Virus record (IMG/VR): IMGVR_UViG_3300044617_001255
Location: 1-64,000 of that record
Origin: a virus
Strand: one strand, 5' to 3'
DNA: 64,000 bases
Of the stretch, positions 45,226 to 54,951 are shown piece by piece. A model generated the notes under the pieces. It had not been told where the DNA came from. It was given only the letters and a program-made list of their open reading frames with translations, and did not search any database. Both the position numbers and the translations under genes were made by a program. Position 1 is the first letter of the stretch. Every line of letters starts with the position of its first letter.

Positions 45226-46440
45226 TTAAGATTTTTTGTCTATTTTACAAATTCTTTGACCTATCCATCTCATGCAATTTACTGCCATACTATTACCAAT
45301 AGCCTTGTATCGTGGACTGTCTGGGCAGTTTTCTTCGTCTTTGCCTCTCCAAGGAATGCGCGTATAATTGTCTGGAAATCCTTGAAGCCTTTCTGCTTCT
45401 ATTGGAGTGAGTCTACGAACTCTCATCGATGAACTTAAAACTCCATGCGTATCTCTCTCACCAGTATCAAATGCATTTAATGTATTTGCTTCGTTCGCCG
45501 GAACCCAAGTTTCATCATCAGTATTTGATTGTGCTCTTTTTGATTTGCGAAATGGAATCGGTTGAATGACACCATGTACATCTTCTTTTGTCAAAGTATA
45601 CATTGAACCATTGTCAGTGGCTCCAACTCCAACAGGACCACCTGCTTCTGATCTGCCAATAATATTTCCCTGCAGAGCAATAGGTTGCAGAACAGCAGGA
45701 AACCGATTCTTTTCTGGCATAGTCTGTCCCTTGCTTAAAACAGCATCAAGAGTCTGGCTTACTTGTCCTCCGTCCCACCAGCATCCTCTTGTGTTATCAC
45801 TTGATCTAGTGCTTGTTTCAGCATCTCTGGCAGTTTCTTTCCACGACGCTCCGCTCTTCGGAGTATTCCTTGACACGCTTTCTGACTCAAAAAGAACCTT
45901 TGCGGCACTTCTCCAGTCTCCAAGATATCCGACAACGAAGCAACGTCTCCGTCGTTGCGGGACGGCATTTGGGAACCCGTCCACTCTGACCCATTGAGCG
46001 TCCAACACCCGGTAGGCCCACCCATACCCCAACTCCCCCAACGCCCCGACGAAGGAACCAAAGTCCCGTCCTCTGGAACTTGTAAGAACTCCGGGGACAT
46101 TTTCCCATACAATCCATCTAGGTCTGAAACGTTGAGCGATTTCAAGAAAAGTAAGCATGAGTCCCCCCCTTGGATCTCGCAATCCTTTTCGCAATCCTGC
46201 GATGCTGAAGGATTGACAAGGGGTTCCTCCGACAAGAAGATCAACTGTGCTGGTTGGTATTTCCCATTTTTCATAATTTGTCATATCTCCATAATTAATA
46301 ATATTAGGATAACGGTATTTTAGAACTTGTGATGCAAAGGAATCTATTTCAGAAAACCCTACTGGCTTCCACCCAAAAGGCTCCCATGCTACGGTAGCAG
46401 CCTCAATGCCGCTACAAACACTGAGATATTTCAAAGTCAT
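45226..46440 (-). CDS. DNA (cytosine-5)-methyltransferase
   Basis: SVCSGIEA, GGTPCQSFS, WENV, QRRRR.F, RRLTP.E.ERLQGFP, YKAIGNS. Confidence 0.92.
   Translation of the reverse strand: MTLKYLSVCSGIEAATVAWEPFGWKPVGFSEIDSFASQVLKYRYPNIINYGDMTNYEKWEIPTSTVDLLVGGTPCQSFSIAGLRKGLRDPRGGLMLTFLEIAQRFRPRWIVWENVPGVLTSSRGRDFGSFVGALGELGYGWAYRVLDAQWVRVDGFPNAVPQRRRRCFVVGYLGDWRSAAKVLFESESVSRNTPKSGASWKETARDAETSTRSSDNTRGCWWDGGQVSQTLDAVLSKGQTMPEKNRFPAVLQPIALQGNIIGRSEAGGPVGVGATDNGSMYTLTKEDVHGVIQPIPFRKSKRAQSNTDDETWVPANEANTLNAFDTGERDTHGVLSSSMRVRRLTPIEAERLQGFPDNYTRIPWRGKDEENCPDSPRYKAIGNSMAVNCMRWIGQRICKIDKKS
45759..46274 (-). CDS. Out-of-frame overprinted ORF, M.EcoHK31I beta-polypeptide-like
   Basis: Same strand, different frame; SLSDILE..VPQRFFLSQKAC.GILRRAERRGK.LP..L..AL. 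Confidence 0.55.
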   Translation of the reverse strand: MKNGKYQPAQLIFLSEEPLVNPSASQDCEKDCEIQGGDSCLLFLKSLNVSDLDGLYGKMSPEFLQVPEDGTLVPSSGRWGSWGMGGPTGCWTLNGSEWTGSQMPSRNDGDVASLSDILETGEVPQRFFLSQKACQGILRRAERRGKKLPEMLKQALDQVITQEDAGGTEDK

Positions 46441-46512
46441 AATATAAAGTTCTCCACTTGATACAGTATGTATGGACAAGTTTGAAACCCATAATTACAT
46501 ATATACCTTAAT

Positions 46513-47493
46513 ATGCTACATGGAAATAAAACATTTTTTAATTTATTAAAAGAGGCAAAAACTGCTAAAGAAAAAGCAGAGGTTATCGCTAAAAGAGGTA
46601 TGGCTATATATAGAGATCAAATTAAAAATAAAAGACAGGGAACTACATATTTAGCCGTTTCTCACAATCCAGAAGATTTAAATTCTGATCATGGTTATAC
46701 ATCATTAATACACGATGGTTCTCCGGGAATATTACATCTTGCTAGACAATTAAAATTAACTCCAAATATCCATACAGAAGAATTAAATACTTCTTTAGGA
46801 CGAAAAAGCCACAGCAAAGAAGTATATAGTCCTGCAATATTTTCCAGAATACCCAGAGATAGACATATAGGTGATGAAAGTGCTAAAAGTAATGCTAGAA
46901 AAAATGGTGGGATATATATCCCACATCCAAAGCATCGTGATTATCCAGTATTTAAAGCAAAAGCATTAGATCATTTTCCAATAAGGGAAGGAAGTCGAAA
47001 TAAAAAAAATGAAACGAAAGAGTCTTTATCTTTATTTGCTTTCCATACGGCATTACAAAATGCAGGGTACAAAAGAATAGATCATAGAGATCCTTTAAGA
47101 TCAAAACCTGGAGAATATTATCTTGGAAAAGGAAAAACTGGAACTGATTTTTATGCTCATACTCATGAAGATGAAAATGGAGTAAGTCATAAGGTTGGAG
47201 ATGATCCAGAAAAACCATTTGATGTGAAATTTGTAAATCCCAATTCCTCTACAAATACAGGAAATCTTGCTATGGTTTCTTTATTTACACAAAAAAGAAA
47301 AGGATTGGCATTTCCTTCTATGAGAACTGCTTTAAAACTTATAGATCCCAGTGGTAAAATGCAAGTATTAAGTAGAAAAAATAATAAAACAGAGGAAGAA
47401 AGATTAGAAAATGCAAGAAGAGAAGCAGAAACAAAATTAACTTCAGAAATACAAACAAGACAAAGACAAAGAGAATTAAGAAAAAAAGTATAA
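46513..47493 (+). CDS. Hypothetical basic protein, putative internal virion protein
   Basis: KTFFNLLKE near N-terminus. Confidence 0.5.
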   Translation: MLHGNKTFFNLLKEAKTAKEKAEVIAKRGMAIYRDQIKNKRQGTTYLAVSHNPEDLNSDHGYTSLIHDGSPGILHLARQLKLTPNIHTEELNTSLGRKSHSKEVYSPAIFSRIPRDRHIGDESAKSNARKNGGIYIPHPKHRDYPVFKAKALDHFPIREGSRNKKNETKESLSLFAFHTALQNAGYKRIDHRDPLRSKPGEYYLGKGKTGTDFYAHTHEDENGVSHKVGDDPEKPFDVKFVNPNSSTNTGNLAMVSLFTQKRKGLAFPSMRTALKLIDPSGKMQVLSRKNNKTEEERLENARREAETKLTSEIQTRQRQRELRKKV

Positions 47494-47505
47494 GGATTAT
47501 AAATT

Positions 47506-47790
47506 ATGCCAGCAGTAATTAGATTTGGAGATCCTGTAACTTGTGGAGATAAGGCAGCAAACGGTTCTCCTAACGTTTTTATAAATAATCGTAGAGTTAT
47601 ACGAAAAGGAATTGATAAGACAAAGGGACATTGCTATCCCCCAGTTCCGTTTCTTAAAGGTTCACCTAATGTTTTCGTTAATAATATTCCAGTAGTATTT
47701 CAGGGTTCTCCTATTCCAACACATTGTTGTGGAGATAACTGCCACCGTGGAGTGGCTGCAAAGGGTTCCCCAAACGTTTTTGTAAATTAA
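47506..47790 (+). CDS. PAAR spike-tip protein (T4 gp5.4-like)
   Basis: Three GSPNVF(I/V)N repeats with His/Cys. Confidence 0.9.
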   Translation: MPAVIRFGDPVTCGDKAANGSPNVFINNRRVIRKGIDKTKGHCYPPVPFLKGSPNVFVNNIPVVFQGSPIPTHCCGDNCHRGVAAKGSPNVFVN

Positions 47791-47812
47791 TAAATAGAGA
47801 GTAGGAGATAAC

Positions 47813-48226
47813 ATGAATACAAATAACATTTTTCATTTTATGAAGTTTAATAAACTTCAACAACAACAAATAAATGAACATATTCCTCTAAATGATAAAG
47901 AGGGAGAAATGGCTATGGCAGAATTAAGTAGCGTAATTGAATATGCTAATGAAATTCAAAAAATGCTAAAACCAGAAACCCAAATGGAAGCATGGGTACA
48001 AAGCAAAATCACAAAAGCAAAAGATTATTTAGATGCTGTTGCTGATTATTTAAAACATACAGATGGTGCTCTTGAAGAAGCTAAGAATTCTGTTCTCATT
48101 GGCAAAAGAAAAAGACTAGATGCAAACAACAACAATAAAATAGATGCAGAGGATTTTAAAATTCTTAGAGCAAAAAAGAAAATGAAAGGCAAACCTCATG
48201 GCAAAAATGACTCTAAAAAGAGCTAA
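47813..48226 (+). CDS. Hypothetical virion protein with EF-hand-like loop
   Basis: AWVQSKITKA.DYL; LDANNNNKIDAEDF. Confidence 0.55.
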   Translation: MNTNNIFHFMKFNKLQQQQINEHIPLNDKEGEMAMAELSSVIEYANEIQKMLKPETQMEAWVQSKITKAKDYLDAVADYLKHTDGALEEAKNSVLIGKRKRLDANNNNKIDAEDFKILRAKKKMKGKPHGKNDSKKS

Positions 48227-48545
48227 ACAACTTTATAAAAAAGCTCATATAGGATTGACTCCTTCTGAAGAAGAGGCTGCACACAAGGCAGAAAAATTAT
48301 TAAAGAAAAAGGGAATAGAAGCTGAAAGAAATGGAAAAAAGTTTTCTTTTTCTCATAAGAAAGGTGAAGTAAAAGAAGCAAAAGACTTTTACCCAGGATC
48401 AGGAGAAGTTCATCCAGTTACAGGCGAAATAATTCATGAGCCAGTTCCAGTTAGTCGAAAAGATAAACTGATGAGAATGCTTCGTAGTCTTTTAAAACAA
48501 AAGAAAAAACAAAAACCATCAAGCAATGAAAGGTTACCATTCTAA
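48198..48545 (+). CDS. Hypothetical basic protein
   Basis: ORF track. Confidence 0.5.
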   Translation: MAKMTLKRAKQLYKKAHIGLTPSEEEAAHKAEKLLKKKGIEAERNGKKFSFSHKKGEVKEAKDFYPGSGEVHPVTGEIIHEPVPVSRKDKLMRMLRSLLKQKKKQKPSSNERLPF

Positions 48546-48817
48546 TGGCAATAACACCAGAAAACTCATTTAATTTTGATGAATTTCTATCGGATTCAGA
48601 CTTTGGATTTACCTTTTCTGGATCAGAAGAATTTGAACAAGATCTTGCTCAAGTAGAAAGCGAATGCACTACAAAAATGAAAGCTCTTGAAAAACTTATA
48701 ATGCCTCTTCTTGCTAATTTAGCAAAGAATCCTGATAAGGAATATATTCTTTGGCCTAATCGTAAAGCAGCAGTTGAAGCACAAGCGAAAAAAATTCTTG
48801 CAATTACTAGATCATGA
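48545..48817 (+). CDS. Conserved T4-like phage hypothetical protein
   Basis: DFGFT...PLL.NL.KNP.KEYI.WPNR. Confidence 0.65.
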   Translation: MAITPENSFNFDEFLSDSDFGFTFSGSEEFEQDLAQVESECTTKMKALEKLIMPLLANLAKNPDKEYILWPNRKAAVEAQAKKILAITRS

Positions 48818-49590
48818 AAACTTATTTTCAATTTCGTCAACAGTTAGATGAAAGAAAACTAACAGGTGCTCTTGTTGCTGCTTCTGGTATTCTTGGGAGT
48901 GCTGGCTTTGGTTATGGTATACATGCCAGATCCAAAGAGCAAGTCGCTCCACAAAGACAACAGCAAGTACAACAACAAGTTCAACAGCAACCGAGACAAC
49001 AAGTTCAACAACCACAGCAACAAAAACAACGTGAAAAAGAAACAATAGAGATGGCTCCAATTGCTGATTCGATTCATCGTTATGAATCACAGGGAGCAGA
49101 TTATAAAAAAATATCTAGACCATTCAAAGACCATAAAGGAAATTTAACTCTTGGTCATGGACATTTAATTACAAAAAATACTGGAGAAACTTTACAAAAA
49201 GTATTTGCTGATGAACATAAAAAAGATCCAAATTTTCATGAAAATGTTCTTTCAGGTAGACAGGGATTGACTAACGATCAAATGAAAAAATTAATGCATC
49301 ATGATATTAATATTAGAATTCCGCAATTGCAAAAAATGATCCCTCAATTTAATAAAATGCCTACATACCTACAGCAAGAATTAGCATCTGAACACTATAG
49401 AGGTGGCATAGGAAAAGCTAAAAAAACACTTGCACACATAAATGCAGGAAAATTTCATGAAGCAGCACATGAATATTTAGATAGTGATGAATATAGAAAA
49501 GAAAAACCAGATAACAGTGGAGTTGCAAAAAGATATGATGCTCTTCATAATGCTTTGCTAAAATATCATAACGAAAGAAAAGGAAATTAA
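48814..49590 (+). CDS. Lysozyme (GH24/T4-lysozyme-like) with capsid-targeting-like N-terminus
   Basis: YE...D..G..TLGHGHLI; A..E.LDS...R; MKTYFQFRQQLDE. Confidence 0.75.
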   Translation: MKTYFQFRQQLDERKLTGALVAASGILGSAGFGYGIHARSKEQVAPQRQQQVQQQVQQQPRQQVQQPQQQKQREKETIEMAPIADSIHRYESQGADYKKISRPFKDHKGNLTLGHGHLITKNTGETLQKVFADEHKKDPNFHENVLSGRQGLTNDQMKKLMHHDINIRIPQLQKMIPQFNKMPTYLQQELASEHYRGGIGKAKKTLAHINAGKFHEAAHEYLDSDEYRKEKPDNSGVAKRYDALHNALLKYHNERKGN

Positions 49591-49591
49591 A

Positions 49592-50233
49592 ATGGCTAAG
49601 GCTAAAAAACAAAGAACAACTTCTCGCGCTAAAGAAGTAGAACATAAAATGAAAACAGATAAAGTATTCGCACAAAAAATGAAAGACGAATATGTTAAAA
49701 AATTTGGCGAGATGAAACCAGGTGAAGATAAGTTGCGTGGCGACTCTGCAATCGTTGCTAAAATTTTAGCAAATGCCGAAAAGAGCGGTAAAACAATTAA
49801 AGGATATAGTGGTTCTGGCTCTGGTGATAGTTCCAGAAATAGTGAAGAGGAAGAGAAAAAAGAAGAGAAAAAAGATGAAAGCGATGATGAGGTTGTAACG
49901 CCAAAGAAAGGCAAAAGATCTCCAGAGGAACAAGAGAAAGCAGTCAAAGAATATTCTGACGTTGCAGCAGAAGCAGAAAAAGCCGGGGTATCTCTTCAAA
50001 AATTCCTAAAGAACAAGAAAAAAGTTCAAGAACAAATCGAAGAAACTTCATCAGAAAATGTTGACATGCAACTTGCATCAACATATCTCAACATGATTGC
50101 TGAAGCCGAACAAAATAATTTTGTAGCACAAGTAATACAAGAGATGGAAAATATTTTAGAAGAAGGTTTCAGTGATGAAGAATATAACGTGCTATATGAA
50201 TATATTTTGAATAAACTAGAGGAAACAAAATGA
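49592..50233 (+). CDS. Hypothetical K/E-rich protein
   Basis: RBS AAGGA. Confidence 0.55.
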   Translation: MAKAKKQRTTSRAKEVEHKMKTDKVFAQKMKDEYVKKFGEMKPGEDKLRGDSAIVAKILANAEKSGKTIKGYSGSGSGDSSRNSEEEEKKEEKKDESDDEVVTPKKGKRSPEEQEKAVKEYSDVAAEAEKAGVSLQKFLKNKKKVQEQIEETSSENVDMQLASTYLNMIAEAEQNNFVAQVIQEMENILEEGFSDEEYNVLYEYILNKLEETK

Positions 50234-50574
50234 ATAACAAATTAAAAGTTTCAGATCACATAAGTTTAACTGAAGATATTCAAAGAATAATGTTTGTTCC
50301 TGCTCAACAAAGAACAGGAACAAATGAATCAGATTTTCTTGTAGAAGCAATTTCTACTCTTGAAGAAAAATTAGGAAAAGAATTTACTACAGAAGAAATC
50401 AAAGTAATACTTGAAACTGTTGTATATCTTTCTGAAAAAATCATGAAGAAAGGAAAAAAGTTTGTAGTCACCGATAGTGCTGGCGAAAAAACTTTAGGCG
50501 TTCATGACTCAAGAAAAGATGCAGTTCGTCAACTACAAGCAATCGAAGCAAGCAAAGCAAGAAGAGGACAATGA
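50230..50574 (+). CDS. Hypothetical protein
   Basis: LG.H.SR..A..QL.AIEASK tail. Confidence 0.55.
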   Translation: MNNKLKVSDHISLTEDIQRIMFVPAQQRTGTNESDFLVEAISTLEEKLGKEFTTEEIKVILETVVYLSEKIMKKGKKFVVTDSAGEKTLGVHDSRKDAVRQLQAIEASKARRGQ

Positions 50575-50987
50575 ACTTTTCTGATTTTAGAAATAAATTG
50601 AATGAAGAGGTTATTCTAAGACCTTATTCTGTTCAGGCTCTGGGCAGAAAAAGAAATGTAATGTTAAATACATTACAACTTGACGATGCTGAATTTGCCG
50701 GTTGGGTACAAGACCGTCTTTATCGTGTAGCAGAACAAAATAAGATTCCAATTGGTCAATTACCCATAGATTATGTTGTTACAGGATTTCAAAAATGGGA
50801 AGATGCTTTCCGCAACGGAGATCAAGCATGGGAATCCTACAAGACTCAGTTCATGGAGTATGAGAAAAGATTTATAGATACAGCAAGAAAGATGATTCAG
50901 GACAAGTATGAAAAACCTGGAACATCACCAACAGAACAACCAACTCCTCCGAGTATGGTTAAGTATCAGGCTGCAGACGGTCAATAA
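50571..50987 (+). CDS. Putative internal virion protein
   Basis: MNFSDFRNKLNE. Confidence 0.5.
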   Translation: MNFSDFRNKLNEEVILRPYSVQALGRKRNVMLNTLQLDDAEFAGWVQDRLYRVAEQNKIPIGQLPIDYVVTGFQKWEDAFRNGDQAWESYKTQFMEYEKRFIDTARKMIQDKYEKPGTSPTEQPTPPSMVKYQAADGQ

Positions 50988-51004
50988 AAATTGAGGTTTA
51001 TATT

Positions 51005-51511
51005 ATGAAAGATGTTTTATTATTAAACGCTTCGGAAGAGGCGATTGGTGTGATAGATTGGTTTAGAGCAGTAAGATTATTAATGACAGGTAAGGCAACT
51101 AAGCCATATAATTATGAACATGTTTATGAGATTAAAACTGGAAGTGGAGTATATGAACTTCCTTGCGCAATAGTCTTATTAAAATATGTTCATATTCCAT
51201 ATAAGGATCTGACTCTTACGAAGAGAAATCTTTATATGAGAGATGATATGTGTTGCCAATATTGTGGTTGCAAAGTATCAAAGCCAACAATAGATCATAT
51301 TATTCCAAGAAGTAGGAATGGAAAAAATACTTGGAATAATTTAGTAACTTGTTGCAAACCATGCAATAGCAAAAAAGCCAATCGAACACCAGAAGAAGCA
51401 GGAATGAAGTTACTAAAACAGCCAGGAAAACCAAAATATAATATATTACATATTATAGCAACAGATAAATATGACAATAAAGTATGGGAAAGATGGATAC
51501 AATATAAATAA
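51005..51511 (+). CDS. HNH endonuclease
   Basis: VLLLNAS, RD..CQYCG, TIDHIIP.S, W.NLV..C..CN..K..RTP.EA. Confidence 0.9.
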   Translation: MKDVLLLNASEEAIGVIDWFRAVRLLMTGKATKPYNYEHVYEIKTGSGVYELPCAIVLLKYVHIPYKDLTLTKRNLYMRDDMCCQYCGCKVSKPTIDHIIPRSRNGKNTWNNLVTCCKPCNSKKANRTPEEAGMKLLKQPGKPKYNILHIIATDKYDNKVWERWIQYK

Positions 51512-51532
51512 TTGTATAACAAGGAGACATAA

Positions 51533-51838
51533 ATGAGAGCATCAGATCCAGCTGGTTATGACGGAATAGAAAAATTAGTAGCAGTAACAAATCCCACTGC
51601 AACTGGCAGAGGATTACTTCTTACAGCAAGTGCTGCAGGAAATATAACTTTGGATATCACAACAAACGAAGTAGATCAAATTATTAGAAATTATGAAAAC
51701 GGAACAACTACAGTTGCATATAAACAATTAAAATCAGTTACACTTTACATGGCTGCAAGTACAACAATGATATTACCGATTGTTGGTACTTTTGAATTAT
51801 CTTCTAGTTCAAATGTAATTGCTTACGTTTTAAGATAA
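51533..51838 (+). CDS. Hypothetical late protein
   Basis: Late promoter 51503-51510, RBS AAGGAG. Confidence 0.6.
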   Translation: MRASDPAGYDGIEKLVAVTNPTATGRGLLLTASAAGNITLDITTNEVDQIIRNYENGTTTVAYKQLKSVTLYMAASTTMILPIVGTFELSSSSNVIAYVLR

Positions 51839-51933
51839 TATGATACAAGACAGACGAAAGATTAGAGCAATGAACAATAAAAAATCAGGATGTGGTTGTG
51901 GCAAGCCAAAGCCAGAGCAAAAAGGAAAATGAT

Positions 51934-52230
51934 ATGAATAAAAGTAGTGTTATGAAATCTTTTTTAAAGTTAAATGGTGGTGAATATCATAAAAGAGATG
52001 GAAAATGGTATTGGAAAAAAAATAATGAGGAACATCTAGTAACATCTGGATTTTTATTAAATTATAAACCAATTGTAAAAATAGAAGAACCCAAGCCAGA
52101 AATCAAAGAAGAACCAAAAGTAGAAATTAAAGAAGAAATTAAAAAACCAAAACCCAAGAAAAAAGTAGAAGTTAAAAAAGATGAAAACATTCAAGAACTT
52201 CATAACGGAAGCAAAGAAGAGGGATTATAA
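51934..52230 (+). CDS. Hypothetical protein
   Basis: RBS AAGGA; EEPK repeats. Confidence 0.5.
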   Translation: MNKSSVMKSFLKLNGGEYHKRDGKWYWKKNNEEHLVTSGFLLNYKPIVKIEEPKPEIKEEPKVEIKEEIKKPKPKKKVEVKKDENIQELHNGSKEEGL

Positions 52231-52447
52231 AAAAGAATACGAAAAGTATGGCGGAACGCCTGCTTATCGTAAAAGAAGATCTCTTAGAGTTTTGGCTCGT
52301 AGAAAATTAGAAAAGCAAGGTAGAGTTCGTAAAGGTGATGGAAAAGATGTAGATCATAAAAAAGCCCTATCAAAAGGCGGATCTAATGGGCACAGCAATC
52401 TAAGAGTTGTTCCTAGAAGTGTAAATAGAGCAAAAGACAATAATTAA
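52181..52447 (+). CDS. Small HNH-motif protein with capsid-targeting-like N-terminus
   Basis: MKTFKNFITE; DVDH...LSKGG.N..SNL......NR. Confidence 0.75.
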   Translation: MKTFKNFITEAKKRDYKKEYEKYGGTPAYRKRRSLRVLARRKLEKQGRVRKGDGKDVDHKKALSKGGSNGHSNLRVVPRSVNRAKDNN

Positions 52448-52468
52448 AATTCATAAATAAATATAACA

Positions 52469-52789
52469 ATGAAAACATTCTTACAATTTCAACAACTTTT
52501 AGAGTCTAAGGCAGATATGCCTTGCAACAAACCAAGAAGATCTACATCTGCTGGTAAAAAGATGATGGTAAAAGCTTGTGAAGGCGGGAAAGAAAAAATA
52601 GTACATTTTGGAGCAAAAGGATATGGACACAATTACAGTCCTGCTGCAAGAAAATCATTCAAAGCTCGTCACAAATGTAGCCAAAAGAAATCAAAACTCA
52701 GTGCTCAATACTGGGCATGTAAAAAACTCTGGGCAGGTCCAAAAGGATCAAAGAAATCCTGCCCAGAGGGAAGAAAATGTAAATACTAG
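52469..52789 (+). CDS. Conserved viral basic protein with capsid-targeting-like N-terminus
   Basis: MKTFLQFQQLLE; VHFGA.GY, SF.ARH.C, SA.YWA. Confidence 0.65.
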   Translation: MKTFLQFQQLLESKADMPCNKPRRSTSAGKKMMVKACEGGKEKIVHFGAKGYGHNYSPAARKSFKARHKCSQKKSKLSAQYWACKKLWAGPKGSKKSCPEGRKCKY

Positions 52790-52804
52790 AATTAGGAGAA
52801 AAAA

Positions 52805-53239
52805 TTGAGATACAAGCATCTTAAAAGAAAAATAAATGAACATTTAGAAGATCCTGCACTTTCCAATGCCCAAGAACCTGAGACACCATTGTTTGATGTT
52901 GATAATCCAAAGTCTCTTGAAAGAATAAATTTATATCTCAGCAGATTGAATAAAACATCATTTCAAGATCCTCGTTTCGTTCTTACTGCTGTTCGTGCAA
53001 AACTAAATCTTATTGGTCTTGATTTCAACTATTATGGAAGAGAAGATCTTGGAGAAACCGAGACATTTGAAGTCAAAAGATATGGAAATGTCACAACTGA
53101 AGATCCTACGACAGGAAAAATTAAAAAAGATGATGCTCAAAAATTGAAATTGATTGTGACTACTGCAAAACATGATGATGGTCAAAATATAATTTCAATA
53201 AAATTAGTAAACACAGGAGCATCATCAGAAGAAAATTAA
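52805..53239 (+). CDS. Hypothetical protein
   Basis: RBS AGGAG, TTG start. Confidence 0.55.
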   Translation: MRYKHLKRKINEHLEDPALSNAQEPETPLFDVDNPKSLERINLYLSRLNKTSFQDPRFVLTAVRAKLNLIGLDFNYYGREDLGETETFEVKRYGNVTTEDPTTGKIKKDDAQKLKLIVTTAKHDDGQNIISIKLVNTGASSEEN

Positions 53240-53257
53240 TATCATGAGTTTTTAATT

Positions 53258-53635
53258 ATGGATTTTACCGTGCTAACCGATGACAACTTTACATTATATG
53301 CAATGAAAACATATTCAAATCCTCAATGCAAAAATATAGATGAATTTCATGAGGATATGAACAGAATAAAGTACCTGAAAAGATTATTTAAAAAGTACAA
53401 GAGTTCTGGAGTTTTACGTGAAAGACTGATATTGAATCATATAATAATATTTTATAATGTATTCAATACTGTGCCTGCAACTAGATTATTATTCAATAGA
53501 ATTGAGCCTGAATTTCATTCTTGTTTGAAAACTTTTATAGTATATTTGAACTTATTACCGAGTAAAATACCTGAGTTAGATTTAGTAAAAATTCCAATAG
53601 AAATGAGAATAGCAAACAAATTGAGAGAGATATGA
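53258..53635 (+). CDS. Conserved T4-like phage hypothetical protein
   Basis: NF.LYAMK.Y.NP.C, EF.ED..R.KY.KRL, ERLILNH. Confidence 0.75.
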   Translation: MDFTVLTDDNFTLYAMKTYSNPQCKNIDEFHEDMNRIKYLKRLFKKYKSSGVLRERLILNHIIIFYNVFNTVPATRLLFNRIEPEFHSCLKTFIVYLNLLPSKIPELDLVKIPIEMRIANKLREI

Positions 53636-54507
53636 ACCTCATACTAGAAGATCTAAAAAGATGGTTTAAAGAAAAATGGACAGCCCAAGACGGCTCAAAA
53701 TGTGGTTCTTATGAGGGCAAGGGTAGAGTTAAATGCCGCCCATCTAAAAAAGTATCAGGTAAAACTCCCCAGACCTGGGGAGAAATGAGCAAGAAACAAA
53801 AGAAAAAAGCAGTTCGTTTAAAACAAAAAGCCCATAGAAAAGGTCATCAATTTAGCAGCCACAAAACAGGCGAAACCTGGAAAGCAGACAAAGGTAAATA
53901 TACTGCTTCAGTAAAAGAAGAATGGAATCCAAAGAATAAAAAGAAACATGCTGCCTGCAAAGCCAAGATCAAGGCAAAAGTAAAGGTATGGCCTTCTGCA
54001 TATGCAAGTGGCTTGATGGTTCAATGCTATAAGAAAAAATCAAAGAAAAAATTGTCAGAAAGTGCTGAAAGAGATGAAATATTGAACTACATGAAGAGTT
54101 CAATGAAAAATCCACTGAGATTTTATTATCTTCTTCTCTTATCTGGTGAACCGGCAACTGAAGCACAAAAAACATTATATAATCTAAAATTCCCAATTGT
54201 AAGAACTGCAAATTATGAAATTAGAAAAAAGATGATGAAATTGTTGACAAGGATCATAGATCTTATGGTAACAGATCCAATACTTTATTCTAGATTGCGT
54301 TCACTAGCCATGGGAAAGAAATTAAATATAGACGAAGAAATGGGAGTTGGAACATCTGCAATACCTGCAGTATCAGCAACACAAGATGGAAGTATTGAAA
54401 CACCACCTGTCGCTGCAGGGATAGTATCTGCAATGCCACCAAAAAAGAAAAAAAGAATACCAGATCCTATTCTTAAAATGATGTTTAGACAAGGAGATAG
54501 ACCATGA
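53632..54507 (+). CDS. Multi-module basic virion-associated protein
   Basis: L.RWFKEKW..C.P.K.VS.KTP and KVWPSAYASG modules separated by x-x-E sites. Confidence 0.6.
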   Translation: MNLILEDLKRWFKEKWTAQDGSKCGSYEGKGRVKCRPSKKVSGKTPQTWGEMSKKQKKKAVRLKQKAHRKGHQFSSHKTGETWKADKGKYTASVKEEWNPKNKKKHAACKAKIKAKVKVWPSAYASGLMVQCYKKKSKKKLSESAERDEILNYMKSSMKNPLRFYYLLLLSGEPATEAQKTLYNLKFPIVRTANYEIRKKMMKLLTRIIDLMVTDPILYSRLRSLAMGKKLNIDEEMGVGTSAIPAVSATQDGSIETPPVAAGIVSAMPPKKKKRIPDPILKMMFRQGDRP

Positions 54508-54941
54508 TAGCACCAGAACTACTTTCGATGTTAGGAGGCGGAGTAGCAGGTTTTCTGTTCCGTTTCTGGGCACAAAAAAGCCAAGATCAAAAGGAGATGT
54601 TTGAACGTCTTCTTAAAGCAAACACACAAACAACTGAGAATCAAGAAAAAGCAGCCAAAAGAGTTCCTATTGATATTGGCAAAGGAGTAAGACAACTTAT
54701 AGTTCTTACTGTTCTTTTCGGGACAATAGCAGCACCATTCATTCTACCTTTCTATGGATTACCAACATATGTTGAAGTTGATACTGTCAATCCAGAGGGA
54801 TTGTTTGGATTGTTTCCTGAATATTCTAAGAAATTTTTCGTAGAAATTAATGGATTTGTTTATACTTCAGAAAATAGACAAATTCTACTTAGCATTGTTG
54901 GATTTTACTTCGGCAGTGCAGCAGCAAATAACAAATCATAA
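54504..54941 (+). CDS. Holin-like membrane protein
   Basis: About 3 hydrophobic segments, IVGFYFG. Confidence 0.5.
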   Translation: MIAPELLSMLGGGVAGFLFRFWAQKSQDQKEMFERLLKANTQTTENQEKAAKRVPIDIGKGVRQLIVLTVLFGTIAAPFILPFYGLPTYVEVDTVNPEGLFGLFPEYSKKFFVEINGFVYTSENRQILLSIVGFYFGSAAANNKS

Positions 54942-54951
54942 GGAGTGAATT

